From: a virus
Length of the DNA: 64,000 bases
Virus record (IMG/VR): IMGVR_UViG_3300028377_000005
Span: 1 to 64,000 of that record
Direction: 5' to 3' (one strand)
Made by a program: the position numbers and the translations under genes. Of this stretch, positions 17,076 to 25,872 are shown piece by piece (positions within the stretch are counted from its first letter, which is position 1; each line of letters opens with the position of its first letter). The notes beneath the pieces were generated by a model, which did no database searches, was not told the origin of the DNA, and saw only the letters and a program-made list of their open reading frames with translations.

Positions 17076-17873
17076 TCAGGCGCTATATTGGTAATTGATC
17101 GTCACTTGATCACCCGGATGTAGTTGGATTTCCTGGGTAAGTTTGATCGTTTCTTCGGTGAGTGTATAATCCTTAGTGGTACCTTTGGTAAGCCACACAC
17201 CATTCCAGTAAACGCCTTCGCTACCCTCTATAGGTGTGTTTTGTAGCGTAAAAGTCGCCGCCGCCGCCGGGTTCGTGACGTCAAAAACCTCTTCTTGATA
17301 GGGTCGTTGTGTTATGTCAGAAGGTAAGGGGTACTCGGATACGATCCACCACCCACTGGCAGCACTGCGAAGCTCGAAGGCCCCGAAATTGGCGGTTGTA
17401 ACAATAGCAAGCGAATTTCGGTCAATACGATCAGGGCTTTGCGTCTGCAAAATGAGTTGATTAGGGTCCGCAGTGGTCTTTTTGATAAAAAGTTCACGTC
17501 CCTGTGGCTGGTTAATAAGTTCAGGGAGGGTGATTGTAACATCATGCGCGCTGGTATCCACGAGGACGATTTCAGAATCTCCCCGGACGGTGTATTCCGT
17601 CATCCCAGTAATATCGGCGACGCTTTGGTTCGAGAAAATAAAGGCTTCGATTAACCCGTTCTCAGCGTGCCGGTGGAGGGACCCTCGATTGTGGGAAATC
17701 AACACTGAGTCGATCAACGGGATATCAACCGTACCACCGTAAGGCACGTACACCGGGATCTTGAGATGCTGGTTGTGGTTTTCCAGCGTATCCAGATCGT
17801 TCAGGTAAATGGACCCCGTGCTTTTCTTGAGGTGTCTTACCCTCACGAATAAAGAATTTGGGGGGATTGCCAT
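17076..17873 (-). CDS. putative virion structural protein
   Basis: VDTSAHDVTITLP..GRELFIKK domain and C-terminal FTLQNTP..VYWNG..DYT domain shared with the 590-aa protein. Confidence 0.8.
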   Translation of the reverse strand: MAIPPNSLFVRVRHLKKSTGSIYLNDLDTLENHNQHLKIPVYVPYGGTVDIPLIDSVLISHNRGSLHRHAENGLIEAFIFSNQSVADITGMTEYTVRGDSEIVLVDTSAHDVTITLPELINQPQGRELFIKKTTADPNQLILQTQSPDRIDRNSLAIVTTANFGAFELRSAASGWWIVSEYPLPSDITQRPYQEEVFDVTNPAAAATFTLQNTPIEGSEGVYWNGVWLTKGTTKDYTLTEETIKLTQEIQLHPGDQVTINYQYSA

Positions 17874-17918
17874 CGTCGACCTGTTTCGGGACTTCAAAAT
17901 TTTGGATATACAGCAGTA

Positions 17919-17947
17919 ACCATCAACCCCACAATATAAACAGAATA
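17919..17947 (-). promoter_or_regulatory. putative late promoter (TATTCTGTTTAT-N13-TGGT)
   Basis: Recurrent motif. Confidence 0.5.
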
Positions 17948-17967
17948 CGAAAGCGGTGGATTCGCCG

Positions 17968-18216
17968 TTAGTTATCGTCAGAATCCCAGAGGTCTAACTC
18001 TAAGGTGTCTGGTTCGGGGACAGGTAAACGGGTGTCTGGGTCTTTAGGGATCTCTTCTGTTATTGAATCCTCTTTACGTAACCCTTCAGCTAACTCTTCG
18101 CTGCGCTCCGACAGGGGTGTTTTTTCCCGGACCCAAAAAGGATGTTTCTTGGTGTCTTGGACTTGCCAAGGAGCAGGTATGAGAATCGCACAAAGCGGTA
18201 CTTTATCGTCACTCAT
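17968..18216 (-). CDS. hypothetical protein
   Basis: GGAGG RBS; preceded by motif core TATTCTGTCTAT at 18255-18266. Confidence 0.65.
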   Translation of the reverse strand: MSDDKVPLCAILIPAPWQVQDTKKHPFWVREKTPLSERSEELAEGLRKEDSITEEIPKDPDTRLPVPEPDTLELDLWDSDDN

Positions 18217-18329
18217 GTTCGGTCCCTCCGTTAAGTTAATTGCCTCGAATTTTTATAGACAGAATATGATCTTGACAGAGGTGGGAACTTCTGGTATGGC
18301 TTTCACCACTTAATTGATCTTGCTACGGA

Positions 18330-18848
18330 GTGATACGTATGAGTGTGATAAAGCTACTTGTATTGACGACCATGTTTGTCTCTTACCAGTCCGGGGAGGT
18401 CCCCGAGGTTCCAGTCGTGGAAGTTCCACCAGTGGCACAAGTGGGACTGGCTTCGTGGTATGGTTCGGGTGACGGCACCAATGACGGCGGCCTTCACGGG
18501 GCTATCACAGCTACCGGTGAACGCTTTGACCCTTCCCTGCAGACCTGTGCGTCCCGACACATCCCGCTCAACACGATGGTTCTGGTCGAAGACGTCAAAA
18601 GCGGTCGCCGGGCTTGGTGTCGGGTAAATGACCGTGGGCCTTATGGGGCTATGTTTGAAGGGGAATGGGTTCTGAAGATTCGAAGGTCCGACCCCGGACG
18701 TTGGCGTGGTGTTATGGACCTTTCACGAGGCACTGCAAAAGCTCTGGGATTTAATTTCCGGTCGGGACTTAACCGTGTGCGTTTGCGCTACCACCGTGAC
18801 CCTACGCCTGCGAGGTACGCTTTTGCTCGGAGGCCACTTTCTTTTTGA
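18330..18848 (+). CDS. rlpA: RlpA-like (double-psi beta-barrel) lytic transglycosylase with N-terminal signal
   Basis: GLASWYG, TATGERFD, TCASRHIPLNT, VNDRGPY, MDLSRGTAKALG. Confidence 0.9.
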   Translation: MIRMSVIKLLVLTTMFVSYQSGEVPEVPVVEVPPVAQVGLASWYGSGDGTNDGGLHGAITATGERFDPSLQTCASRHIPLNTMVLVEDVKSGRRAWCRVNDRGPYGAMFEGEWVLKIRRSDPGRWRGVMDLSRGTAKALGFNFRSGLNRVRLRYHRDPTPARYAFARRPLSF

Positions 18849-18873
18849 CGTGGCCAACCTTTTAGGGTATAAG
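18845..18873 (+). promoter_or_regulatory. sigma70-type promoter
   Basis: TTGACG-17 bp-TATAAG. Confidence 0.5.
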
Positions 18874-18956
18874 GTAATGTGTATCCCCTTTGTAGGGGTG
18901 CAATTAGCGACGGACATGGAGGTTATGCGTGAGAAGCACTCTGAGGAGAAAAACCA

Positions 18957-19529
18957 ATGGGAAGACGCATTACCGAAGAAGACAAAGAGGTCATCCGCCA
19001 AATGATTTCCATTGATGGCGCAAGCCTTCAGGAGACAGCGGATGTTTTGAGCGGGGATTCAAATGACCCCGTTTCCAAACAAGCGGTACATTACCACGTC
19101 CAGAAAATGGGCTTGGAGCCGCCTGACGACGACGAACGCGAAGAGCGTCTATTACAGGCCAACGAGTTGCTTTCTGAGGACTCGGACATGAACATAAAGG
19201 AATTGTCCGAACACTTGGATTGCTCGTGGGCATGTGCCAAATCTGTGATGGAAGAGTTGGGCTATTACGAGGAAGCCGTGCCGTTTATCGACAAGGTAGA
19301 CTCGACCCGGCTTATCCGGCTGTACGTGGTTGAGGACATGAGCTTGGCAGACCTTAACAGGGTCTTTCCAGACGTGTCCGAGATGACTATCAGCAAGACC
19401 CTAAAGGAATTAGGTGTCCCGATGCGACCGCAAGGCGCATCGACCGGCAAATTGCGCCGAGATTGGCGTAAAGAGGCTATCGTTAAGATGGGCCTCGGCA
19501 AAGACCTCGCACGTTCCGAAGCCTCCTAA
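18957..19529 (+). CDS. multi-HTH DNA-binding protein
   Basis: Three HTH-like segments: SLQETADVL..VSKQAVHYH, NIKELSEHLDCSWAC, SLADL..VSEMTISKTLKELGV. Confidence 0.75.
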   Translation: MGRRITEEDKEVIRQMISIDGASLQETADVLSGDSNDPVSKQAVHYHVQKMGLEPPDDDEREERLLQANELLSEDSDMNIKELSEHLDCSWACAKSVMEELGYYEEAVPFIDKVDSTRLIRLYVVEDMSLADLNRVFPDVSEMTISKTLKELGVPMRPQGASTGKLRRDWRKEAIVKMGLGKDLARSEAS

Positions 19530-19553
19530 ATATACCTACAATTCATTTTCAGG

Positions 19554-19582
19554 ACCCGGCCTATTTTGTGGGCCGGGTTTTT
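19554..19582 (+). terminator. intrinsic terminator
   Basis: ACCCGGCC/GGCCGGGT stem followed by TTTT. Confidence 0.8.
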
Positions 19583-19615
19583 CTCTTTCTTGCCCCCGCC
19601 GCAACGCCCCACGAA

Positions 19616-19644
19616 TAATCCTTTGATAGTCCACTCTAAATGTC
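19616..19644 (+). promoter_or_regulatory. putative late promoter (TAATCCTTTGAT core)
   Basis: Recurrent motif at the start of the structural operon. Confidence 0.5.
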
Positions 19645-19681
19645 CGCACACACCCAAGGACTATACATTCGGAGTAGGCAC

Positions 19682-20551
19682 ATGAGTGAGTTCAAAAAGA
19701 TTAGTCGTTGGATCTCTGAGGTCGAGCAAAACATCAAGGATATGCACAAGCGTCGTGCATCAACCGAAGCTCGTATCGCCAAGAAGATCAACCGACTCGT
19801 AATTGATGCTGTGAAAAACGAATTTTGGTTGCCGCAGGACAAGGTGGCTCTTTGTAACCAGCTTGACCGCATGTCGCGCCTTCTGGAGTCGGAAGACGCA
19901 ACCCAGACTTCCCTTGAGCAAGTCGAAAAGGAAGTCGACAAGATTTACGGCAACCAGAGTGACAACAGTTCGTACTATTTCGGTCGCAAGTCAGCGGGCG
20001 AAAAAGAGCGGAAGCAGATGGAAGAGCTTTCGACTTTCGATCACAACAGTCCTGAAAGCCGTGACGTCAACCCCGAGTTCAATGACGACGGAATGCGTCA
20101 GTTGGTTGAAAAGGGCGGCGGCAAGAAGAAGGACGCCAATCTTGTGTTTCAAAAGCGTGGCTTGATGATGCTTTTGAAGCAAAGTCACGGTTCGAAGTGC
20201 CTCGACAATACCGACGATGTATTGGCCGTTGCTTCGGACATTGTGAAGACTTTCAAGCTCCCCCGAAAGGATGTGGATAAAGTCAGCAGCATCCTGAATC
20301 AGCACAGCCACCTGTGTTTGGATAACAGTCGTGGCGTTCGTGACGTGGTTCAAGCACTGATCGACGGGTTTGCTAAGACTTCAAGCTGGTCGGATTTCGC
20401 ACAGAGCGAAGTGGACTTCGAGGATATGGAACAGGCTGCTCGCCTCGAAGACGATGGCCAATACATCGACGACGGCGACCTATTGGACGTCGATGTACCC
20501 GACAATTACGACTACGAGCAGCAAGATCCGCTTAATGATCGGGATTTTTGA
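19682..20551 (+). CDS. hypothetical protein (possibly virion) with an internal H-x3-CLDN repeat
   Basis: GGAG RBS at ATG 19682; SHGSKCLDNTDDV and QHSHLCLDNSRGV. Confidence 0.75.
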   Translation: MSEFKKISRWISEVEQNIKDMHKRRASTEARIAKKINRLVIDAVKNEFWLPQDKVALCNQLDRMSRLLESEDATQTSLEQVEKEVDKIYGNQSDNSSYYFGRKSAGEKERKQMEELSTFDHNSPESRDVNPEFNDDGMRQLVEKGGGKKKDANLVFQKRGLMMLLKQSHGSKCLDNTDDVLAVASDIVKTFKLPRKDVDKVSSILNQHSHLCLDNSRGVRDVVQALIDGFAKTSSWSDFAQSEVDFEDMEQAARLEDDGQYIDDGDLLDVDVPDNYDYEQQDPLNDRDF

Positions 20552-20602
20552 AGTGTTAATGGCTCCGTAATGTTTCCCCCTAACCTAGCGTAAGAGGTTG
20601 TC

Positions 20603-21280
20603 ATGCAAGACAATAATAATTATATCTACCGCAAAGGCACCACGCCGAATACGCGGATTGCCGTTAGCCAGAAGAACAAGATTTATTCTGTTTCGACCGG
20701 CAAGGCGGCCTTTAGTCAGATCGGCGTCGTGTCCTCATTCGGTATCTCGGAAAGTCGTACCATTGAAGAGGTTCGTGGACTTGGTTACGGTGATCAGCTT
20801 GCCGAACTCGTTCCCGGTACGACTCCTTCGATGAGCATTTCGATCAGCCGTACCTTGCTTTACCTGTCCAACATCTATCAGGTGTTCGGATACAAAGCGG
20901 GCACGGACGGTCTGGTCAGATCGCTCAAACATCACCAATGGCCCTTCGATATGAAGCAGGAGTTGGTGTTCAGCCGTATCGCTACAGGTGATTCGGTATC
21001 CCCGAAGCTCATTGCCCCATCTTCGGATGGTACCAATGATGCGCTCTTGACGTTCTACGAGGCTTGTTGGTTGGAGTCGTACAGCGCTAACTACGCTTCC
21101 GATTCCGCTATGATCTCGGAAGATGTGGGTGTCAAAGTAACCGACATTATTGACGGTTCCAGCACCTATGGTGAGCTTGCTTCGGATGCTGAAAGCACGG
21201 GTAACAACCCGTTCTCGGATTCGAGTAACTCGATCCGATATAGCACGGGCGGCACCGGCGTTGCAACTGGCTTGATCTAA
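20603..21280 (+). CDS. tail tube protein (contractile tail)
   Basis: IGVVSSFGISESRTIEEVRGLG...ELVPG...ISISRTLLY...TFYEACWLESYS pattern; size and position upstream of chaperones and tape measure. Confidence 0.75.
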   Translation: MQDNNNYIYRKGTTPNTRIAVSQKNKIYSVSTGKAAFSQIGVVSSFGISESRTIEEVRGLGYGDQLAELVPGTTPSMSISISRTLLYLSNIYQVFGYKAGTDGLVRSLKHHQWPFDMKQELVFSRIATGDSVSPKLIAPSSDGTNDALLTFYEACWLESYSANYASDSAMISEDVGVKVTDIIDGSSTYGELASDAESTGNNPFSDSSNSIRYSTGGTGVATGLI

Positions 21281-21287
21281 GCCTAAT

Positions 21288-21307
21288 GGGGGACCTTCGG
21301 GTCCCCC
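21288..21307 (+). terminator. C(UUCG)G tetraloop hairpin after the tube gene
   Basis: GGGGGACC-TTCG-GGTCCCCC; no U-tract, so an attenuator or mRNA stabiliser is also possible. Confidence 0.6.
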
Positions 21308-21326
21308 GTAGCCCCACGAGAATTCA

Positions 21327-23534
21327 ATGAACCCTGACGAACTAAAACGTGTCCTCCTGATCATGGGTGTCAAAGCCCCTTCCCTGAAGTTGGCGATCCG
21401 CCAGATCCTCGACCACATGGTTGAAGATGGCGATGACATCGTGAAGTCTGCGAAGGTTGCCAAAGACCTCCCTAAAACGGTGGAGCGGTACGTCAAGGAG
21501 CACAAAGAACAGGGGATGGACGAGGACAAGGCATGGGCGATCGCATGGTCCCGTTACTGTGTGGCAGGCAACACCTTAGTGCCTACACAGAACGGACTTA
21601 AAAGTGTGGAGGAGTTATACAACGAAGCTGCGGGTCAAAAGGTAATGCACTCCGATGGGGTAGAAGCTAAACCAACCCGTGTAAGACTGGCCTCCCGATA
21701 TGGAGAGGCCGCTTCTAGCCATATCATTTATACAGGTACCAAGTCCACGGTGTCCGTAAACACTAAACATGGTTATTCCCTCACCTGTACCCCGGACCAC
21801 CAGATCCTCGTACTTAACGAGAATGATTACAGTACGGAATGGGTAGAGGCTCAGGAAGCTCTAGGACGCTATGCAGTGCTACCTACGCATGGTGTATGGG
21901 GAGCACGTACCACACTACCTGAGATCGGGTATGAAACCAACACATGGAACAATGTCATTCCATTTAGGCAGCCACGAGAACTATCTCCTGCTCTAGCGAG
22001 ATTGCTGGGCTACTTAGTTGCTGAAGGATCTGTAACGGAAGAAGGTGTGGAGTTCTCCAACACCGATCCCCGACTCATTAGGGATTTTGTTCGCTGCTCA
22101 AAAGAGGTATTTGGACAGGAGCCTATCGTAGAGTGGCGAGATAGGTCCGAGGAAGGGTGGAAAGATTGCGGGAAGGTTCGTCTCAGAACACGCTGGTATA
22201 GAGAGTTTTTTGAGGCTTTAGGTCTACCTCCGGGAACAGCTCACGACAAGCAGGTACCTTCCATTATTATGGAAGCGCCTCGTGAGATGGTGAGGGAATT
22301 CTTGGTAGGTTTCGTCGAGGGTGATGGGTACACTGGAGACTCCGACCACCTGAACCGTGTTGACTTGTCTACCTCCTCTGAGCCTCTAGCCCGTCAGCTA
22401 CACCTGCTTCTACTGAACTTTGGTATACCTGCCAGTCTCGAATGTAACGCTCGTGGCTATTTTAATGTCCGGGTACACAGTAAGCCTATGGTGGTGAAAT
22501 ACCGAGATCAGATAGGAACGGCATTTAAGAAGGTGGCCGTATCTGGAGATCGCCAGCGTCAGAGGGGGTCCGAGTTTGAGATGATCCCGGCTGAGTCCCT
22601 TCTTAAATTAGGTAGCAAGGTTAGGTCAGCATTTCCCGGCACCAAAAGGGTGAGCCTCTCACGTCTACTCCGCAAGTGGGACGCCTTAGAATCCTGTAGA
22701 GGCACCGAAGGTGTTGTTGATAATATTCGTGAGCTTATGAATCATGGGTATTACTTTGATAGAGTCACACAGGTAGAGGCTCAAGGGGAGACTGATGTGT
22801 ATGACGTTAGTGTTCCCGAAGATGTATCTTTTGTGGCAAATGGAATGATTGCCCATAACTGCAAATACAAAAACCCCGGTTCGCCGAGGTGCAAACAAGA
22901 TGGCTATTTCAAAGGTCGGGACAGTTCGATCGCCAAACGTGTTGCATCCAAATTCATCCGGCTATCCTATCTACCCAACATCCCTAATCGGTTCCGTCAA
23001 GAGATGGAAAGCAAGCTCATGAGCTTCATTCGAGCCGGGCTTTCCCCTTTCCCGACCGAAGATCCTCAGCGAGTCGAATCACTTCTTGCCGGGGATATTT
23101 TCAAGTTTTTGCAAAAAGAACTGCCCCCTCACGTGTCTGTTTCCAATGCTGACGTCCACCAGTTCATCGGACACGTGGCTCGTCAAGTGGACGTGTCGTT
23201 GCGGTCGTCTGTGATCGAAGATGCGATGAGCGACGTTCTGGGGGAATCCTACGCGGTCGATAACCGCACTGTCGGGATGCTTGCAGCGCAGATCGAGATG
23301 ATGATTGATGGACTGGCTGAGGACGCTTCGCGGGGTGCCATGAAAGCACAACGAAAAGCCGTCTCCCTGCTTGCTAGGGGGCTTGGTGTTGACGATTACG
23401 CGGCACAGCAAATCCTCGACTATGTGGTGTCGGAAGCCAAGATGGTGCTTCCCCTTACGTCGGATCAAATTAACTCATTGCTTGGTTCCTATTTGGACGA
23501 AGCAGCACGTGCAGCATCAAGCGAGGTATTTTAA
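21327..23534 (+). CDS. intein-containing protein (spliced product about 301 aa, ChaB-like helical motif)
   Basis: Extein junction KAWAIAWSRY|CKYKNPGSPRC around a complete intein. Confidence 0.85.
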   Translation: MNPDELKRVLLIMGVKAPSLKLAIRQILDHMVEDGDDIVKSAKVAKDLPKTVERYVKEHKEQGMDEDKAWAIAWSRYCVAGNTLVPTQNGLKSVEELYNEAAGQKVMHSDGVEAKPTRVRLASRYGEAASSHIIYTGTKSTVSVNTKHGYSLTCTPDHQILVLNENDYSTEWVEAQEALGRYAVLPTHGVWGARTTLPEIGYETNTWNNVIPFRQPRELSPALARLLGYLVAEGSVTEEGVEFSNTDPRLIRDFVRCSKEVFGQEPIVEWRDRSEEGWKDCGKVRLRTRWYREFFEALGLPPGTAHDKQVPSIIMEAPREMVREFLVGFVEGDGYTGDSDHLNRVDLSTSSEPLARQLHLLLLNFGIPASLECNARGYFNVRVHSKPMVVKYRDQIGTAFKKVAVSGDRQRQRGSEFEMIPAESLLKLGSKVRSAFPGTKRVSLSRLLRKWDALESCRGTEGVVDNIRELMNHGYYFDRVTQVEAQGETDVYDVSVPEDVSFVANGMIAHNCKYKNPGSPRCKQDGYFKGRDSSIAKRVASKFIRLSYLPNIPNRFRQEMESKLMSFIRAGLSPFPTEDPQRVESLLAGDIFKFLQKELPPHVSVSNADVHQFIGHVARQVDVSLRSSVIEDAMSDVLGESYAVDNRTVGMLAAQIEMMIDGLAEDASRGAMKAQRKAVSLLARGLGVDDYAAQQILDYVVSEAKMVLPLTSDQINSLLGSYLDEAARAASSEVF
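21558..22859 (+). mobile_element. intein with LAGLIDADG homing endonuclease (434 aa)
   Basis: N-terminal CVAGNTLV, block B LTCTPDHQIL, LLGYLVAEG and FLVGFVEGDG, VYDVSV..FVANGMIAHN followed by Cys+1. Confidence 0.95.
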
Positions 23535-24190
23535 TGGGCGACCTATTACAGCCGGGCCAGTATTCAATCCCCAATGAAAACCAACAGCGCATGGATTACG
23601 CTAAAAAAATGGCGTGGACCGGTGGGCTTATCCTATTGCTTTTCATTGTGGCTACGTTTGCTGTGGCCTTTGGTATGGATAACGTGGGCCTTGTGTGGGC
23701 GATGCTAGGCTTGAACGTACTTCCCGCCGCAGCGATCGTTTCGTGGGCGCTCTATTGGTACCACAAGCACGCACATTTCGTATACGAAGTGTTGGGGACT
23801 ACGATCACATTTGATAGCCCTGACTATTACGTACCTTCGTCATTGATGCTCCGCCTTGTCCGCTCCGTGCATAAGGCTTGGAAGCCGCACCTTGACGTTG
23901 ATCCGAAAGAAGTGTATAGTAGAGTATCACTTACGATCATGAAAAACCGACCTATTGACCCTGCTGGACGCACGGACAAAGTAGTCGGCCTTACCTACCA
24001 CAGACTACATCACAGCCAAGTATGGGGACCTTATGCTCTTGATCCGGGCGGAGCGGGGTATGAACTCCTCCTCCACGGGGCGGAGTACAAATGGCCCGGC
24101 TCTGACGAGGGTGACAAGATCGCCCGCATGAAAGAGCTAGGTGTTTTCGATGCTTTGCGTGAAGCCTACAAGTTAGAGTTCAACGAATAA
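23534..24190 (+). CDS. membrane protein (two TM helices)
   Basis: Two hydrophobic segments near the N-terminus. Confidence 0.75.
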   Translation: MGDLLQPGQYSIPNENQQRMDYAKKMAWTGGLILLLFIVATFAVAFGMDNVGLVWAMLGLNVLPAAAIVSWALYWYHKHAHFVYEVLGTTITFDSPDYYVPSSLMLRLVRSVHKAWKPHLDVDPKEVYSRVSLTIMKNRPIDPAGRTDKVVGLTYHRLHHSQVWGPYALDPGGAGYELLLHGAEYKWPGSDEGDKIARMKELGVFDALREAYKLEFNE

Positions 24191-24230
24191 CCCGTCAGTA
24201 AAAAGTATCCACGGTAATTGGGAGTAATAC

Positions 24231-25415
24231 ATGTCGAACGTCCTATCTTTCGACCTGCTTCAGCAGGGTCTCAGCAAGATCGCAGATCTCGGCCTTATCG
24301 AAGATGAGGTTGAGATCTATGATACCCGCATTTGCATCCGCACTTTGCGTGCCTCTGAACACAAGATGGTCAACGCTTACGTAGCGTCCTATATGAACAA
24401 GTACGAGGATGAGGATGCGTCCTTTCCCCTCGACGCTACGATGGACTTTTTCACGGTCCGTAAGATCGAGCCCTTGACGTATGCCATTCAGGAATTCGGG
24501 GACATGAATCTCCGGGGCATTGAATTCATCGAAACCGGTGATGTGGATAAAAACGGCAACCCGGTCAAGATCGAAAAGAACGTGTTCCTGCGGCGTATGC
24601 TGTCTGATATGGACCTTGCGGTAGTAGATGCTTTGCATCGCAAGTACGTCGATATCTTGTCTGACTCAGAGGAACGTGCGGTCGAAAAGATCCAATTCCG
24701 CAACCCGGAAGAAGAGTTGGAGCGTATTGAAAGTCGGCGTCGTGAACTCTTAGAGGAATTGGGCCGCCTTGACGAGATCGAAGGCACCGAAAATGAAAGT
24801 GCCGAAGATGAGAATAACCCGAGCGGCCTTGAAGGTGAAAAGATCGCTGAAGAACTGCGCAACGCTGCGTTCGGTAATGTAGATGAAACCGAAGCAGAGC
24901 GGCTTCTCAGGGAGCGTGAAGATGGGGCGCGGCAAGAAACACAGGATGAAGCACCGTCCAAGCCTGTTCAAGAAGAAAAGCCGGATGAGATCGAAGTAGG
25001 TAATGAGAAATTTATCCGTCTTGATGATCCCGACACGCCGTATAGCGAAGAAGAACAGATGTACCTCGAAGAGCAGGAGCGCCTGTTCCAAGAGCAAAAT
25101 GGTGGACCCGTGGAGGATGAAGATCCACGGGCCGAAGATGCTCAGGCAAGGTTGCGCAAACGTCGCCAACCTTTGAATCAAGTAGCTCCCCAAGTTCAAG
25201 AGGGGGAGCTGCCTTCGAAACAGAACTTGCACAGGGCACCCGTGGTGCGCAAGTCCCAAGTAGATATGTCAGATATCCCGCTAGCCGATGGATACGAAGA
25301 TCACGAGCCAGAGCGCCTCAACCGGGCTGGCGGTGATCAAAAAGGGTCCGATGGCGGTCAAGTAAATCCAAACCCCGAGGGCGGAGTCAACCCGCATTTC
25401 AAGGGTAACAAGTGA
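24231..25415 (+). CDS. putative tail assembly chaperone with long acidic disordered C-terminus
   Basis: Position between tube and tape measure; EDEVEI..TRICIRTL..SE pattern. Confidence 0.6.
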   Translation: MSNVLSFDLLQQGLSKIADLGLIEDEVEIYDTRICIRTLRASEHKMVNAYVASYMNKYEDEDASFPLDATMDFFTVRKIEPLTYAIQEFGDMNLRGIEFIETGDVDKNGNPVKIEKNVFLRRMLSDMDLAVVDALHRKYVDILSDSEERAVEKIQFRNPEEELERIESRRRELLEELGRLDEIEGTENESAEDENNPSGLEGEKIAEELRNAAFGNVDETEAERLLREREDGARQETQDEAPSKPVQEEKPDEIEVGNEKFIRLDDPDTPYSEEEQMYLEEQERLFQEQNGGPVEDEDPRAEDAQARLRKRRQPLNQVAPQVQEGELPSKQNLHRAPVVRKSQVDMSDIPLADGYEDHEPERLNRAGGDQKGSDGGQVNPNPEGGVNPHFKGNK

Positions 25416-25855
25416 GTGACCTTTACAAAAATAAAGAGTGGCTTGTTAATCAATATGTAGATCGAGGAAAAAAGCTAGTTGAAATAGCCGATATCTGTGG
25501 AGTTCACGAAGTAACTATTCGTTACTGGAGAGATAAATTCTCTATACCTCCAAGATCAAGAAAAGCTGCACAAAGACTTAATTCAGACCCCCGTCTTAAA
25601 GACCGTGCGTGGCTGTATGATAAAAACGACTATGCGTTTGTGAAGTGCGGAGACAATACCGGAAGAAACCTCAATGCGGACCACATAGTGCCTTTTGCCT
25701 ACATCCTAAAAAAGAACAACATTGAGACCGTAAATGAAGCCCTTAACTGTTCGGACCTCTGGGAATTATCCAATGGACGTACCTTGTGTGAGACTTGCCA
25801 CCAAAAAACTACCACTTATGGGGTGAAGGCCGCTGAATATGATGAGTCCCCGTAA
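25412..25855 (+). CDS. HTH-HNH homing endonuclease, apparently degenerate
   Basis: N-terminal HTH (EIADICGVHEVTIRYW), LNADHIVPF...SNGRTLCETCH; visibly AT-richer than neighbours. Confidence 0.85.
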   Translation: MSDLYKNKEWLVNQYVDRGKKLVEIADICGVHEVTIRYWRDKFSIPPRSRKAAQRLNSDPRLKDRAWLYDKNDYAFVKCGDNTGRNLNADHIVPFAYILKKNNIETVNEALNCSDLWELSNGRTLCETCHQKTTTYGVKAAEYDESP

Positions 25856-25872
25856 TTTTCTGTGGAGGGGCT

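Noticed and set aside
18272-18300. TTGACA-17-TATGGC promoter before rlpA
   Set aside because: Perfect -35 but poor -10; possible, but not supported well enough to list.
20735-21529. 264-aa minus-strand ORF, and similar antisense ORFs at 26053-26805 and 54605-55297
   Set aside because: Overlap well-supported plus-strand genes; explained by codon bias.
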